From NCBI GenBank assembly GCA_019828565.1, contig JAHDYR010000047.1, forward strand, positions 1-64,000: 64,000 nt of DNA, in the 5' to 3' direction. Under the pieces are notes generated by a model. It was not told the origin of the DNA. It did not search any database and worked only from the letters and a program-made list of their open reading frames with translations. Both the position numbers and the translations under genes were made by a program. This DNA is from Carpediemonas membranifera BICM (Eukaryota > Protista > Fornicata). Shown here in pieces: positions 1 to 8,952 of the stretch; position 1 is the stretch's first letter, and the number at the start of each line of letters is the position of its first letter.

Positions 1-37
1 TCGGAAGGTCAGGAACTGGGAGACGACACCCGCCGTG

Positions 38-1945
38 TCACGCCTGGTCGTTGCCACGTAGCCTTTTGAGCTCGTCTAGACCTAGTACTGCGTTGAAAGC
101 GGCGTCGTCGGCACGAAGACGGCGAGGAGCCGCGGCTTTTTCCCCCACGAGGATGTTCTGGAGCTCTGAGTCCTTCATGTCCTCCGCGTAGACCCTGAAC
201 GTTCTCTTGAAGGGGGAGAGGCCCTTGATGCGGCGTACCGCCTCGGACTGGACGTCGGGCATCACCACGACCACTGCAGACTTGGTATGCCTCGGATGTG
301 AGGCTGGTGAGAGGCGCGAATGAGGGCCAGTCGGTTGGCTACGGCTGGAAGAAGGGCGTATGGTGGTGCTGCGAAGACTCTCTTGCTGCGCCACTCCGAG
401 CTCATGCCGCTCTCGGCCAGCGTGAGCGAACGCTCGACGAAGCCGGGAAGTAGTAACTCCTTGTCCCTCCCACCAGTCACGTCGACCTCGAGAGGGCCCC
501 ACTCCTCCAGTATGGCAGCGAGGATCCCTCGTGGTGTCCGCCATTCCAGTCGCTGGTATCTCGACAGAGCATCTGCGGAGACATTGAGGTGCCCGCTGAC
601 GTGCTGGGCTCTCAGTGTGATCTGGCAGGCGGCCAAGCGGGAAAAGAGGGTGAGACAAGCGTCCTGGATCATCGGCGGGGCTCGCGTTGATCCCTGCTTG
701 TTCAACCAGGCGCAGGCGTTGCTGTTGTCGATGAATACGGTGATCTCCCTGTCCGTTAGATGTGGAAGGAGCGTCTCCACGGCGTTCGTCGCCGCAAAGA
801 ACTCTTTCACCGCAATGGACTCGTTCTGGAGCGGGCTGTTGGGGGAGACGGAGGAGGATACGATCGTCTGCTTGCAGCCGTCCCTGATAATGGCAGCTAA
901 GCCCTTTTCTGAGGCGTCCGACTGGATGTGGATGTCGATTGCCGGGCTTGCGCCCCACATGCTGATCAGGGAGTCGAAGGAGCGGGGAGGATGATCTTCG
1001 CTGCTCAGCAGTTGCTTCCAGTACGATAGGGCCATGAGGACGGCTTTCGTAAAGCCTTTCTCCGTCTCGGTGGCTGTCTGAAGAGGTCTCAGCCATGCGC
1101 GGCCGTCGGGGAAGCACAGAGATGCGAAGGATAGCTTCCCGATGAGGGATTGCCACCTCTTGTTGCTCATATTGCCTTCTATCAGCGCACTCTCGACCAA
1201 TTGGCGGTATCTGCTGCGCTTCTTCGAGTCTAGGGAAATGACCCGAGCAGCTGAGTCGATGCGCATGCCGAGGTATGTCAGGACTGTGGTGGGCTCTAGG
1301 ACTGACTTGTCGTGGTTGATGATAAAGCCTAGCTGATTCATGATGTCCAGGAGGCGCTGGCGCTCGCGCAGAAGGGCCTTCTTCTTCCCGAAGAATAGAA
1401 GGTCGTCCAGATAGACGGCAACTCCTACACCGCGGCAATGGCGCTTGATAATCTTCGCTACGGTAATCATGATCTTCTGGAAGTAGAATGGCGCCGCGGA
1501 CCATCCGAATGGGAGGACTGTGAACTGATAGTGGACGCCGCGGTGAATAAAGCCTAGGAGGGACTGCGATGATGGGTGAATGGACACGTGGTGGTAGCCT
1601 GCATGGAGATCTAGCGACATCATCATGTCTCCTGGCGCAAGGCTTAAAACTGCTCTCTTGGCACCGAACAAGCGGAACGTACGGCGCTCTTTGGAGACCT
1701 TGTTGAGCGGTATGAGGTTGTGGACTGCTCTCCATTTGTCTGTACCCTTCGGGACTGGAAAGAGAGGACATGTGAGCTTCGGTGGTGATGAGACGCGGTG
1801 TATGGCACCCGATGAGAGCATTTCGCGCACCAGCGGATCGAGCTTGGCTAAGTCCTTCTCTGGGAGATGGAATATTCGAGGATTGCTCGGTTGTTGTGTC
1901 AGTTCGATGGGTATGCCGTCGCCAACCCAAGAGACCACGTCGGAT
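38..1945 (-). CDS. DIRS pol: reverse transcriptase, RNase H and Dam-like methyltransferase domain (N-terminus lies at ~6414-6511; frameshift near 295)
   Basis: Motifs LDLHAGYHH, LPFGW, YLDD, SDAS, KEF, DNS, HVSGHLNVSADALSR, FAAPPY; homologous to 61127-63146. Confidence 0.85.
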   Translation of the reverse strand: MRRGLLGWRRHTHRTDTTTEQSSNIPSPREGLSQARSAGARNALIGCHTPRLITTEAHMSSLSSPEGYRQMESSPQPHTAQQGLQRAPYVPLVRCQESSFKPCARRHDDVARSPCRLPPRVHSPIIAVPPRLYSPRRPLSVHSPPIRMVRGAILLPEDHDYRSEDYQAPLPRCRSCRLSGRPSILREEEGPSARAPAPPGHHESARLYHQPRQVSPRAHHSPDIPRHAHRLSCSGHFPRLEEAQQIPPIGRECADRRQYEQQEVAIPHREAILRISVLPRRPRMAETSSDSHRDGERLYESRPHGPIVLEATAEQRRSSSPLLRLPDQHVGRKPGNRHPHPVGRLRKGLSCHYQGRLQADDRILLRLPQQPAPERVHCGERVLCGDERRGDAPSTSNGQGDHRIHRQQQRLRLVEQAGINASPADDPGRLSHPLFPLGRLPDHTESPARQRAPQCLRRCSVEIPATGMADTTRDPRCHTGGVGPSRGRRDWWEGQGVTTSRLRRAFAHAGRERHELGVAQQESLRSTTIRPSSSRSQPTGPHSRLSPASHPRHTKSAVVVVMPDVQSEAVRRIKGLSPFKRTFRVYAEDMKDSELQNILVGEKAAAPRRLRADDAAFNAVLGLDELKRLRGNDQA

Positions 1946-2006
1946 TGTCATAAGGCATCCACGTCCGCAGTTTATGTAAATGTTCCAATCTCTTCGCCCC
2001 GGCACA
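1946..2006 (+). repeat. 5' LTR of E1 (61 bp)
   Basis: tgtcataagg...cccggcaca, identical to 6349-6409. Confidence 0.95.
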
Positions 2007-2022
2007 GTGATCACTTTCCGAA

Positions 2023-3033
2023 ATGAATAATTGGATTCCGCCATCACTATCGGACTTCTCTAGAGAGTCCGTTCGCGCGTTCAAACGCGCCCTCACGTTC
2101 GCGCAGAAGCATGCTCCTACCACAACCGTCATAACGGCTTACGAGTGCCTCACCGAGGATCAAGTCAGTCATGTCCGATTTGTCCGCAACGTCGACGTCG
2201 AAGCACTCAACGACGCAGAACTTCTCGCCGAAATCACCGCTCTTTCTTTCCCGAGAACCCTTGAGAAAACCATCCAAGAAATCCGGGCCCTCACGCAGGA
2301 CCGAACCAAGTCCACGATCGAGGCCGTATCTCGTCTCATGGCTGAGACCGAGGAGCTGCGCTCCCACGCCCATGCCCTTCTCAACGCCGAGCTCGGCGCC
2401 AAGCCAGAGCCCGAGCCCGCCGAGGTGGATGAAGACGAGGCCGCCCTCAGCAAGGTCATCACCCAGAAGCCAGACAGCACGCCGAGTGAGCAGGACACCC
2501 CGAGAAAAGCCAGCCCCACCCGCGGACTCGATAAGATCATCGCCAAAGCTTTTATCGCCGCCCTTCGCCCGGTCTCACTTGCCAACCGTATTCAGCAAAA
2601 GTGGGACCTCTCTGGCGCCCGGGACATCGATAGCTTATTTGTGCACACGCGCGAGCTCATACTGCACGCCATTGACGCCCGTGAAGTCCTCGGAAGCGTG
2701 ATTCAAGACATATCCATCACATCCTCCAGCACGAGCTCCATCACGAGCTCCAGCACTGGCCCGAAACATAGCCAGAACGCCAACACCAGATCCCGCCGCG
2801 GCCCGCGACGCCAGACCGGCACCTCAGCCGCAACGCCAGCCCCAAGCGGCCAACAAACCGGCTCAGCCACAGCCGGCACCAGCTGCTCAGAAGCAGCAGC
2901 AACAGTCATCCCAGCAGCCACAGCCTCGCCCCGACGAGAGACGCGCTGGGAACATGGTGCTCCGGGACAGATCCAAGCTGATCAACTCTCGTCCAGGAGT
3001 CCACGAAGTCGAAGTCGCACACAATGCTTGTGA
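2023..3033 (+). CDS. E1 gag-like protein
   Basis: ORF begins 16 nt after the 5' LTR and precedes the protease; no CCHC knuckle seen. Confidence 0.7.
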   Translation: MNNWIPPSLSDFSRESVRAFKRALTFAQKHAPTTTVITAYECLTEDQVSHVRFVRNVDVEALNDAELLAEITALSFPRTLEKTIQEIRALTQDRTKSTIEAVSRLMAETEELRSHAHALLNAELGAKPEPEPAEVDEDEAALSKVITQKPDSTPSEQDTPRKASPTRGLDKIIAKAFIAALRPVSLANRIQQKWDLSGARDIDSLFVHTRELILHAIDAREVLGSVIQDISITSSSTSSITSSSTGPKHSQNANTRSRRGPRRQTGTSAATPAPSGQQTGSATAGTSCSEAAATVIPAATASPRRETRWEHGAPGQIQADQLSSRSPRSRSRTQCL

Positions 3034-3514
3034 TGATGCCTTTATCGAAGAAGTTGCCGCTTCAACTGCATTCTCAGTTAAGGGAGCTGTGAATGACCAA
3101 GAACAGGTGATATTGATCGATAGCGGCTCCGCAATCACGATCATCTCCACAACCTCCGTTAAGACGCTCCAACTCGTCACACATGAGCTTGAAAAGCCAT
3201 TTACTGTTCAGTCCGTTACCAATGAGCCCATCCTCATCACTCACTACGTCCAAGCGCGGATCACGTTGCCCAGCACATCTGGAAACGTCATCGTCGATCT
3301 CATCCTCTACATCATGACGCGCGCCACTGAACGTGTGCTCATTGGATGCGACGTGCTTCGCGCGCTCGGTTATCTCTCCGAGAGTGGCCTCCACATCCCA
3401 CTTCTTCCGGATTCACGCCCGGAGGACGCCACCGATGGCCTCCCACTCCACAAGTACCTCGACGCCCCCGTCGAGGCCGTCTCCCTCAAGCGAGTTTCAC
3501 ACCGACGCGTGTGA
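2954..3514 (+). CDS. E1 aspartic protease (frameshifted relative to gag and pol)
   Basis: LIDSGS and LIGCDVL retropepsin motifs. Confidence 0.8.
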   Translation: MVLRDRSKLINSRPGVHEVEVAHNACDDAFIEEVAASTAFSVKGAVNDQEQVILIDSGSAITIISTTSVKTLQLVTHELEKPFTVQSVTNEPILITHYVQARITLPSTSGNVIVDLILYIMTRATERVLIGCDVLRALGYLSESGLHIPLLPDSRPEDATDGLPLHKYLDAPVEAVSLKRVSHRRV

Positions 3515-6356
3515 GATACACGAGCTCTCCACCAAGGCCCAGACCGACGAGCTACATTCGATCCTCCGTCGGTTCGATCACCTATTCGACCCCGTCATAA
3601 GCAAACAGCCGTGCTCGTTTGCCCCTATGCGCATCCCGCTTTACGACAACGCCCCTCCGATCCGTCTTCGCCCGCGCAACCTACACCCGAAGAAGCTGGA
3701 GTGGCTGTTGCCATACGTCGAGCGCCTGCGCCAGGACGAGATCACACAGCCCTCTGAGGGGCCTTACGCAAGCCCCATCGTCCTGGTCGCAAAGGGCGAC
3801 GCCTACCGTCTCTGTATCGACTACGGCCGCCTCAACTCTTGGACAGTACCCGACCGGCACCCGATCCCCAACATGCGAGAACTCCTCAACCTCGCGTCGG
3901 GCTGCACACGCTTTGCGACGCTAGACCTGACGTCGGGCTACTGGCAGGTGGCCATGCACCCAGACGACGTGCCTAAGACGGCCTTCACCGCCCCGGGCGT
4001 CTTCGAGGAATTCCTCAGGATGCCGTTCGGCCTTTGCAACGCGCCTTCTCACTTCCAGCGGGAGATCGAAGGCATGCTCGCCCCACTGTTGTACAAGGGC
4101 GCCAACCCCTACATCGACGACATATTCATCTACGCCCGTGACGATGACTCCTTCCTACGCATTCTCCGCGACCTGCTCACACGCGCGGACGCTGCAGGCG
4201 TTCAGTTCAGCGCCAAGAAGGGAGTCTTCGGCACCACCAGCGCCAAGATTGTCGGCTTTACGGTCGACCAGGCCGGAGTACACGTCGACCCAGCCAGGAC
4301 CCAAGCCCTACGCGATCTACCTGCACCCACCAACGTCCACGAGCTTCGCGTAGTCCTCGGACAGTTCCAGTACCTCGCATCATTCGTTCCCCATACACGA
4401 CACGAGTACATGAGACCTCTCAACGATCTTCTGCAAAAGGACCGTCTGTGGGAATGGACAGCGGAGCACGACGCCGCTTTCGACGGCCTGAAGACCCTGT
4501 TCACTGACGATCTCTTTATCGCACATCCGGACGCCGACGCCGACTGGACGCTCGAGACAGACGCTAGCAACATCGGAGCAGGCGGCGTACTATGGCAGAC
4601 AAAGGACGACAAGACACAGGTCCTCGCCTACTTCTCTCACACATTCACGTCAACCCAGTCGCGCTGGGCCACGTGTGAGCAGGAGCTATTTGCCATTGTC
4701 TTTTGCCTTACACACCCGACCCTGTCACCCCTCCTACGCCTGAAGAGGTTCCTCCTACGGACCGACCACCGTAATCTTATTTACATGATCGCCAAGTCAT
4801 CCGAGAACGACAAGATCAACCGGTGGAGACTGACATTAGCAGACTACAAGTTCGATGTCGAGCACGTTCCCGGCCTACAGAACGCAGTCGCAGACGCGCT
4901 GAGCCGCTGCGGTCACTCGACCTCGCCCACTGTCGCAGCCATCACGACTGACTCCCGCTACCATGACACACTCATCAAACACCAGACAGACGACTCTACC
5001 GTCTCCAAGCTGACCGTAGACAGCGACGGTCTTCGCCGCAAGGACGGCCTCGTCGTCATCCCTACTTCAACCGTGTGCAGACCCCTCCGAAAGGAGCTGA
5101 TACAGATCGCCCACAGAGGACACCACGGCGCCAAGGCTACCATCGAACGCCTGAGAGCAGACGGCTATACCTGGACAGGCTGCACAGCAGATGTCGAGGA
5201 GTTCATCGCCTCATGTGACGAGTGCCAGAAAGCTCGCCTACGCAACTTCGCCGAGGCAGAGCTCCGCACAACAGCAGTGTACAAACCGTTCCACACTGTC
5301 GCAGTGGATACTATTGGTCCAATCCCGGCAGACGCAGTCGGCTCCAGATACATCACAGTTATGGTCGATATGTTTACTCGCTACACTGAGTTGGCCGCGA
5401 CGGACGAGAACACAGCTGATGCAGCGTCAGAGGCCCTCTGGCGCCAGGTGATTACCCGTCATGGGACTCCCCTGTTCATCAAGTCCGACAACGGGCCTGA
5501 GTTCACCGGCAACGTCGTCAAGGCCCTGCTCGAAAGCGCGGACATCACCCAGCAATTCACCCTCCCCTACCACCCTCAGTCGAATGGGCTGGTAGAGCGT
5601 CGTAACGCGGAGGTCATGAAGCATCTTCGCTGTTTGATCCTCCAATTCGACAAGTTCTCCCGTTGGAGCGACCTCCTTCCGGTAGTTCAGCTGCTGCTGA
5701 ACACAACCACCTGCAGCGCCACTGGGGTCACACCCCACGCCATGCTGTATGGAGACCAACTCGACCCCAGCTCCACAGTCGCTAGAATCCTCCGACCGAG
5801 CGACAATGACTCGCCCCTTGCCTCAGCCTCAGCCTACATCACTTTACTTCGAGCCCACCTCTCCAAGTTGACCTCTAGGGCGGCCGAGAAGCAGCGCGAG
5901 ACTGTAGACAAGCGCCTCGCCAAGGCCAACGCCGACCGCCAGCCGACTAGCTTCAAGGAAGGCGACCTCGTCCTGCTCAACCGGACGAAGACCCCAAAGC
6001 TGCATGGCTTCGCCGGCCCGTTCAAGATTCTCGCCATCAAGGACAACAACACCCTTCAGCTGGTCGACCTTTTCGAGAGCGCCCCCTTCATGGCTCACGT
6101 AGACCAGGTCCTTCCTTTCAACACCAAGTCGGGGCTCAGCCGCCTGAAGAACCTCGCCGCCTCCGACGAGCAGACGTACGTCGTGCAAGGCATCGAGAAG
6201 CACCGTCGCCGCAACGGCACACTGCAGCTCCTCGTCTGCTGGGAGGGCGACTACGATCCCACATGGGAACCCGCTGACGGGCTCCGCCACGTCACTGCGG
6301 CACGTGACTACCTCAAGTCCCACAAGCTCAAGCTTAAGGGGGGTAGGATGTCATAA
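3333..6356 (+). CDS. E1 pol: RT, RNase H, integrase, chromodomain
   Basis: LDLTSGYWQ, MPFGL, YIDD, TDAS, HHCC, DNGPEF, YHPQSNGLVER, C-terminal WEGDYDPTWEP; the stop codon lies inside the 3' LTR. Confidence 0.95.
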   Translation: MCSLDATCFARSVISPRVASTSHFFRIHARRTPPMASHSTSTSTPPSRPSPSSEFHTDACEIHELSTKAQTDELHSILRRFDHLFDPVISKQPCSFAPMRIPLYDNAPPIRLRPRNLHPKKLEWLLPYVERLRQDEITQPSEGPYASPIVLVAKGDAYRLCIDYGRLNSWTVPDRHPIPNMRELLNLASGCTRFATLDLTSGYWQVAMHPDDVPKTAFTAPGVFEEFLRMPFGLCNAPSHFQREIEGMLAPLLYKGANPYIDDIFIYARDDDSFLRILRDLLTRADAAGVQFSAKKGVFGTTSAKIVGFTVDQAGVHVDPARTQALRDLPAPTNVHELRVVLGQFQYLASFVPHTRHEYMRPLNDLLQKDRLWEWTAEHDAAFDGLKTLFTDDLFIAHPDADADWTLETDASNIGAGGVLWQTKDDKTQVLAYFSHTFTSTQSRWATCEQELFAIVFCLTHPTLSPLLRLKRFLLRTDHRNLIYMIAKSSENDKINRWRLTLADYKFDVEHVPGLQNAVADALSRCGHSTSPTVAAITTDSRYHDTLIKHQTDDSTVSKLTVDSDGLRRKDGLVVIPTSTVCRPLRKELIQIAHRGHHGAKATIERLRADGYTWTGCTADVEEFIASCDECQKARLRNFAEAELRTTAVYKPFHTVAVDTIGPIPADAVGSRYITVMVDMFTRYTELAATDENTADAASEALWRQVITRHGTPLFIKSDNGPEFTGNVVKALLESADITQQFTLPYHPQSNGLVERRNAEVMKHLRCLILQFDKFSRWSDLLPVVQLLLNTTTCSATGVTPHAMLYGDQLDPSSTVARILRPSDNDSPLASASAYITLLRAHLSKLTSRAAEKQRETVDKRLAKANADRQPTSFKEGDLVLLNRTKTPKLHGFAGPFKILAIKDNNTLQLVDLFESAPFMAHVDQVLPFNTKSGLSRLKNLAASDEQTYVVQGIEKHRRRNGTLQLLVCWEGDYDPTWEPADGLRHVTAARDYLKSHKLKLKGGRMS

Positions 6357-6409
6357 GGCATCCACGTCCGCAGTTTATGTAAATGTTCCAATCTCTTCGC
6401 CCCGGCACA
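6349..6409 (+). repeat. 3' LTR of E1 (61 bp)
   Basis: Identical to 1946-2006; preceded by purine tract aaggggggtagga. Confidence 0.95.
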
Positions 6410-6513
6410 GGATGGCGCTCCCAAGCGCCGCCACGCGGCCACTGAGTGGCGGAGAGAACCCGCTCGACGGGTTGTGGGGAGTGGTGGTTCGGTTGATTGA
6501 TGGTCTTGCACAA

Positions 6514-7008
6514 TTAGTTTTTTCTGGGGCGCTTATCGCTCTTGGGGGCGACTCTGGCACTGGAGCGGGCCTCTGCGATGAGGACGGTGAGGCTCTCGGA
6601 ATCACGGATCCTGGAACGTCGGGCTCTGACGTAGTCCTTGACTGCGTCGGCGTAGTGAAAGCCATTGATGTCCTTAATGAGGAGAAGCTCATGACGGAGC
6701 ATTAGCTGAAGCTTGATCGTCTCGGTTGTCCAGCTCGGGTGGAGGACGATGTCCCTGTAGAGCATCTGCAGCCATTCGGACTCGTTACGCATGGCTAGTG
6801 AGTCCGGGTGGCGCCACTCCAGCGACATTAAATCTCGAAGCGTCAATAACTCGCCTGTTAGTTCGTTGATGCGCTTCTGCGGATCTGGGATCTTCTCTGC
6901 TTCAGGCGTGCGGTCCCCGGTGTTGTTCTCGGTTTCTTCAGCCATCTGGCCGTAATTGATTCGATCCCGATTCGTTCGGCTCGAATAAATCGAATCAGGC
7001 AGATCCAT
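6514..7008 (-). CDS. DIRS copy 1 ORF1 (gag-like); start may be ATG 6945
   Basis: Homologous to 60570-61097 (ESEWL..LQLMLRHELLLIKD vs EAKWL..VELQARRTLLDLKD) and in the same position upstream of pol. Confidence 0.7.
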   Translation of the reverse strand: MDLPDSIYSSRTNRDRINYGQMAEETENNTGDRTPEAEKIPDPQKRINELTGELLTLRDLMSLEWRHPDSLAMRNESEWLQMLYRDIVLHPSWTTETIKLQLMLRHELLLIKDINGFHYADAVKDYVRARRSRIRDSESLTVLIAEARSSARVAPKSDKRPRKN

Positions 7009-7050
7009 CGCCCATGCTCCATTATCTCACGCCGGAGCTGACGTCTCCAT

Positions 7051-7123
7051 TCGATCATAGTATAGGTGGTTAGTATATCGCGCTGTCACCGCGGAGACCC
7101 GGGTTCAAGTCCCGGTGATCGAG
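7051..7123 (+). tRNA. tRNA-Asp (GTC)
   Basis: Cloverleaf: acceptor TCGATCA/TGATCGA, anticodon arm TCGCG-CTGTCAC-CGCGG, T arm CCGGG-TTCAAGT-CCCGG; TTTT follows. Confidence 0.95.
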
Positions 7124-7596
7124 CTTTTGCAGACATTTGTCTGCGACCTTAAACTGCGCGTATCCTTAACCTGCTAGTTTCTCAAAATGAGGAGTACTCT
7201 GCGAGTGAGAGGCGCATAGATGCGTTGACGCGACTCCGGCGCGGGGAGCGTGGACGCAAAATTCGTTTGATCGATTTTGGCGCGGTGTCGCAAGTCAGGG
7301 ACAGAAGCTTGAACAGCGCAAACCTTCGTGCGAGCCAGCACTGCCCGGTTCGGACCCAAGCCGGGCGAACATTAGAGGCACGTTTGAGATCAAACCACCA
7401 GTAAATGTTCTACCCCCATTGGTTGTACCTGCAAGCAGGGTTAGAAGTGATGCCGTTGGCATCCCCATTAACCGAGGTCTTGAGTCGCCCAGGTGCATTT
7501 CAGACCATTCATGTCCTCCACACGGCAGTCAGCTACAGCCTGCTCAGTCCAAATTCACATTGCATCACCATAGCTTGGCCATCTATCCGGAAGTAT

Positions 7597-8604
7597 TTAC
7601 ATGCGTGGGCGGAGGACGTTAGGGCACTCCTCATTGCTTGTGACCTGCGCAAGGTTGGTCAGTGTGGTCTCAGAGATGGCCACGAGAGCCTCTCTCGTCA
7701 AGAAGGCCTGGTGACCGGTGAACAAGACGTTGTGGCATGCCGACAGCCGTCTGAACACGTCATCCGGGATGACCTCGTTCGACTTGTCCTGGAAGAAGAG
7801 CTCGCTCTCTTCTTCGTATACGTCGAGGCCGAGTGCGCCGATGGTGCCATCCTTCAGCGCCTCGATGGCGTCAACCGAGTTCAGCAACGCGCCTCGACTG
7901 GTGTTGATGACCATGACGCCCTTCTTCATCTTGGCGAACGCCTCGGCGTTGAGAAGATGGTAGTTAGCCTCAAACAGGGGGCAATGAAGAGTAATGACGT
8001 CGGACTGTCTGAACAACGTGTCGAGGTCGACGTACTCGGCGCCAAGCTCCTCAGCGGCCGGGTTGACGTAGGGATCGTGCACTAGAAGCTTCATACCAAA
8101 CCCGCGAAGGATCCTCGCGGCGGCAATGCCGATTCTGCCGGTGCCGACGATGCCGACAGTCTTGCCAAAGAGGTTGAAGCCGACTAGTCCGTCCAGGTTG
8201 AAGTTGGCGTCCCGAGTACGCTGGTACGCCTTGTGTGTCTTCCTGTTGAGGGTAAGCATGAGGGCTACCGTGTGCTCGGCGACGGCCTCGGGGCTGTAGC
8301 TCGGGACGTGGACGACAGTCATGCCTAGCTCGTGGGCAACGGACAGGTCGACGTTGTTGTAACCTGCACAGCGAAGGGCGACGATGGAGGTGCCATGGGC
8401 GTGGAGTTCGCGGAGGATCGGGGCGGAAAGGTCGTCGTTGACGAAGACGCAAACGGCCTGATAGCCGTATGCAAGAGGGATAGTCTTGGAGTTGAGGGCA
8501 ACATCGAAGTAATCGATGTCGAAGTTGAAACGGTCTTCTTTCTTGTTGCTGTGATCGAAGGACTCGCGATCAAACGTCTTTGTGCCAAAGAAAGCAATCT
8601 TCAT
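7597..8604 (-). CDS. ldhA: D-lactate dehydrogenase (2-hydroxyacid dehydrogenase, bacterial LdhA type)
   Basis: MKIAFF, ALRCAGYNNVD, PSYSPEAVAEH, GTGRIG, NTSRG, DVYEEE, TGHQAFLT. Confidence 0.93.
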   Translation of the reverse strand: MKIAFFGTKTFDRESFDHSNKKEDRFNFDIDYFDVALNSKTIPLAYGYQAVCVFVNDDLSAPILRELHAHGTSIVALRCAGYNNVDLSVAHELGMTVVHVPSYSPEAVAEHTVALMLTLNRKTHKAYQRTRDANFNLDGLVGFNLFGKTVGIVGTGRIGIAAARILRGFGMKLLVHDPYVNPAAEELGAEYVDLDTLFRQSDVITLHCPLFEANYHLLNAEAFAKMKKGVMVINTSRGALLNSVDAIEALKDGTIGALGLDVYEEESELFFQDKSNEVIPDDVFRRLSACHNVLFTGHQAFLTREALVAISETTLTNLAQVTSNEECPNVLRPRM

Positions 8605-8759
8605 AGAGGTTAGGTGTTCTTGCCTGTTATGCTCACTGGAGGGCACATGGAGGCAGTGCCCTGCAAGGCATCGATGTCGATCGAATCGCCAAACGAGGTC
8701 CCATGTTAAATGTTTAACGAGGTCCCATTTGAAGTATCATAGAGTGCACAGTGCAAGCA

Positions 8760-8952
8760 CTGCGTCTCTCCACTTCAATTAGCTTGCCCGGAGGCGAAGA
8801 CTCACCATTGTGTCACGCAGGATAAGAATGCTTGAGTCCAAAACACACAGTGATCCAAGCAGCATCAGGATCGCAGTGTGGTTCATCATACTCTATCAAT
8901 CGTGCGCTGCATATCACGCGCGCTGCAGCGCGTGCTTGCTCAACTTTGCAAG
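8760..8952 (-). ncRNA. Candidate Fanzor omega-RNA (structured 3' region); boundaries uncertain
   Basis: Directly downstream of the Fanzor stop; several stems (CACAC..GATCC/GGATC..GTGTG; GGACTCA/TGAGTCT). Confidence 0.4.

Larger units (their letters stand above)
1946..6409 (+). mobile_element. Ty3/gypsy chromovirus-like LTR retrotransposon E1 (4464 bp)
   Basis: Identical 61-bp TG..CA LTRs; 4-bp TSD GGAT (1942-1945, 6410-6413); PPT at 6336-6348; gag-PR-RT-RH-IN-chromo order. Confidence 0.95.
1..7045 (-). mobile_element. DIRS-type (tyrosine recombinase) retrotransposon copy 1, interrupted by a gypsy element at 1946-6409; its 3' part runs off the window start
   Basis: gag-like ORF 6514-7008; RT/RNase H/MT-like ORF. 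Removing the insert and one GGAT copy restores ..AAWRRLGAPS|DVVSWVGDGIPI, which matches DIRS copy 2 (VWARLGASPEVVSWLRDGVPI). The 5' boundary is approximate. Confidence 0.85.

Noticed and set aside
8690-8730. Short direct repeats as a CRISPR-like array
   Set aside because: Only two 13-bp copies; no array exists in the window.
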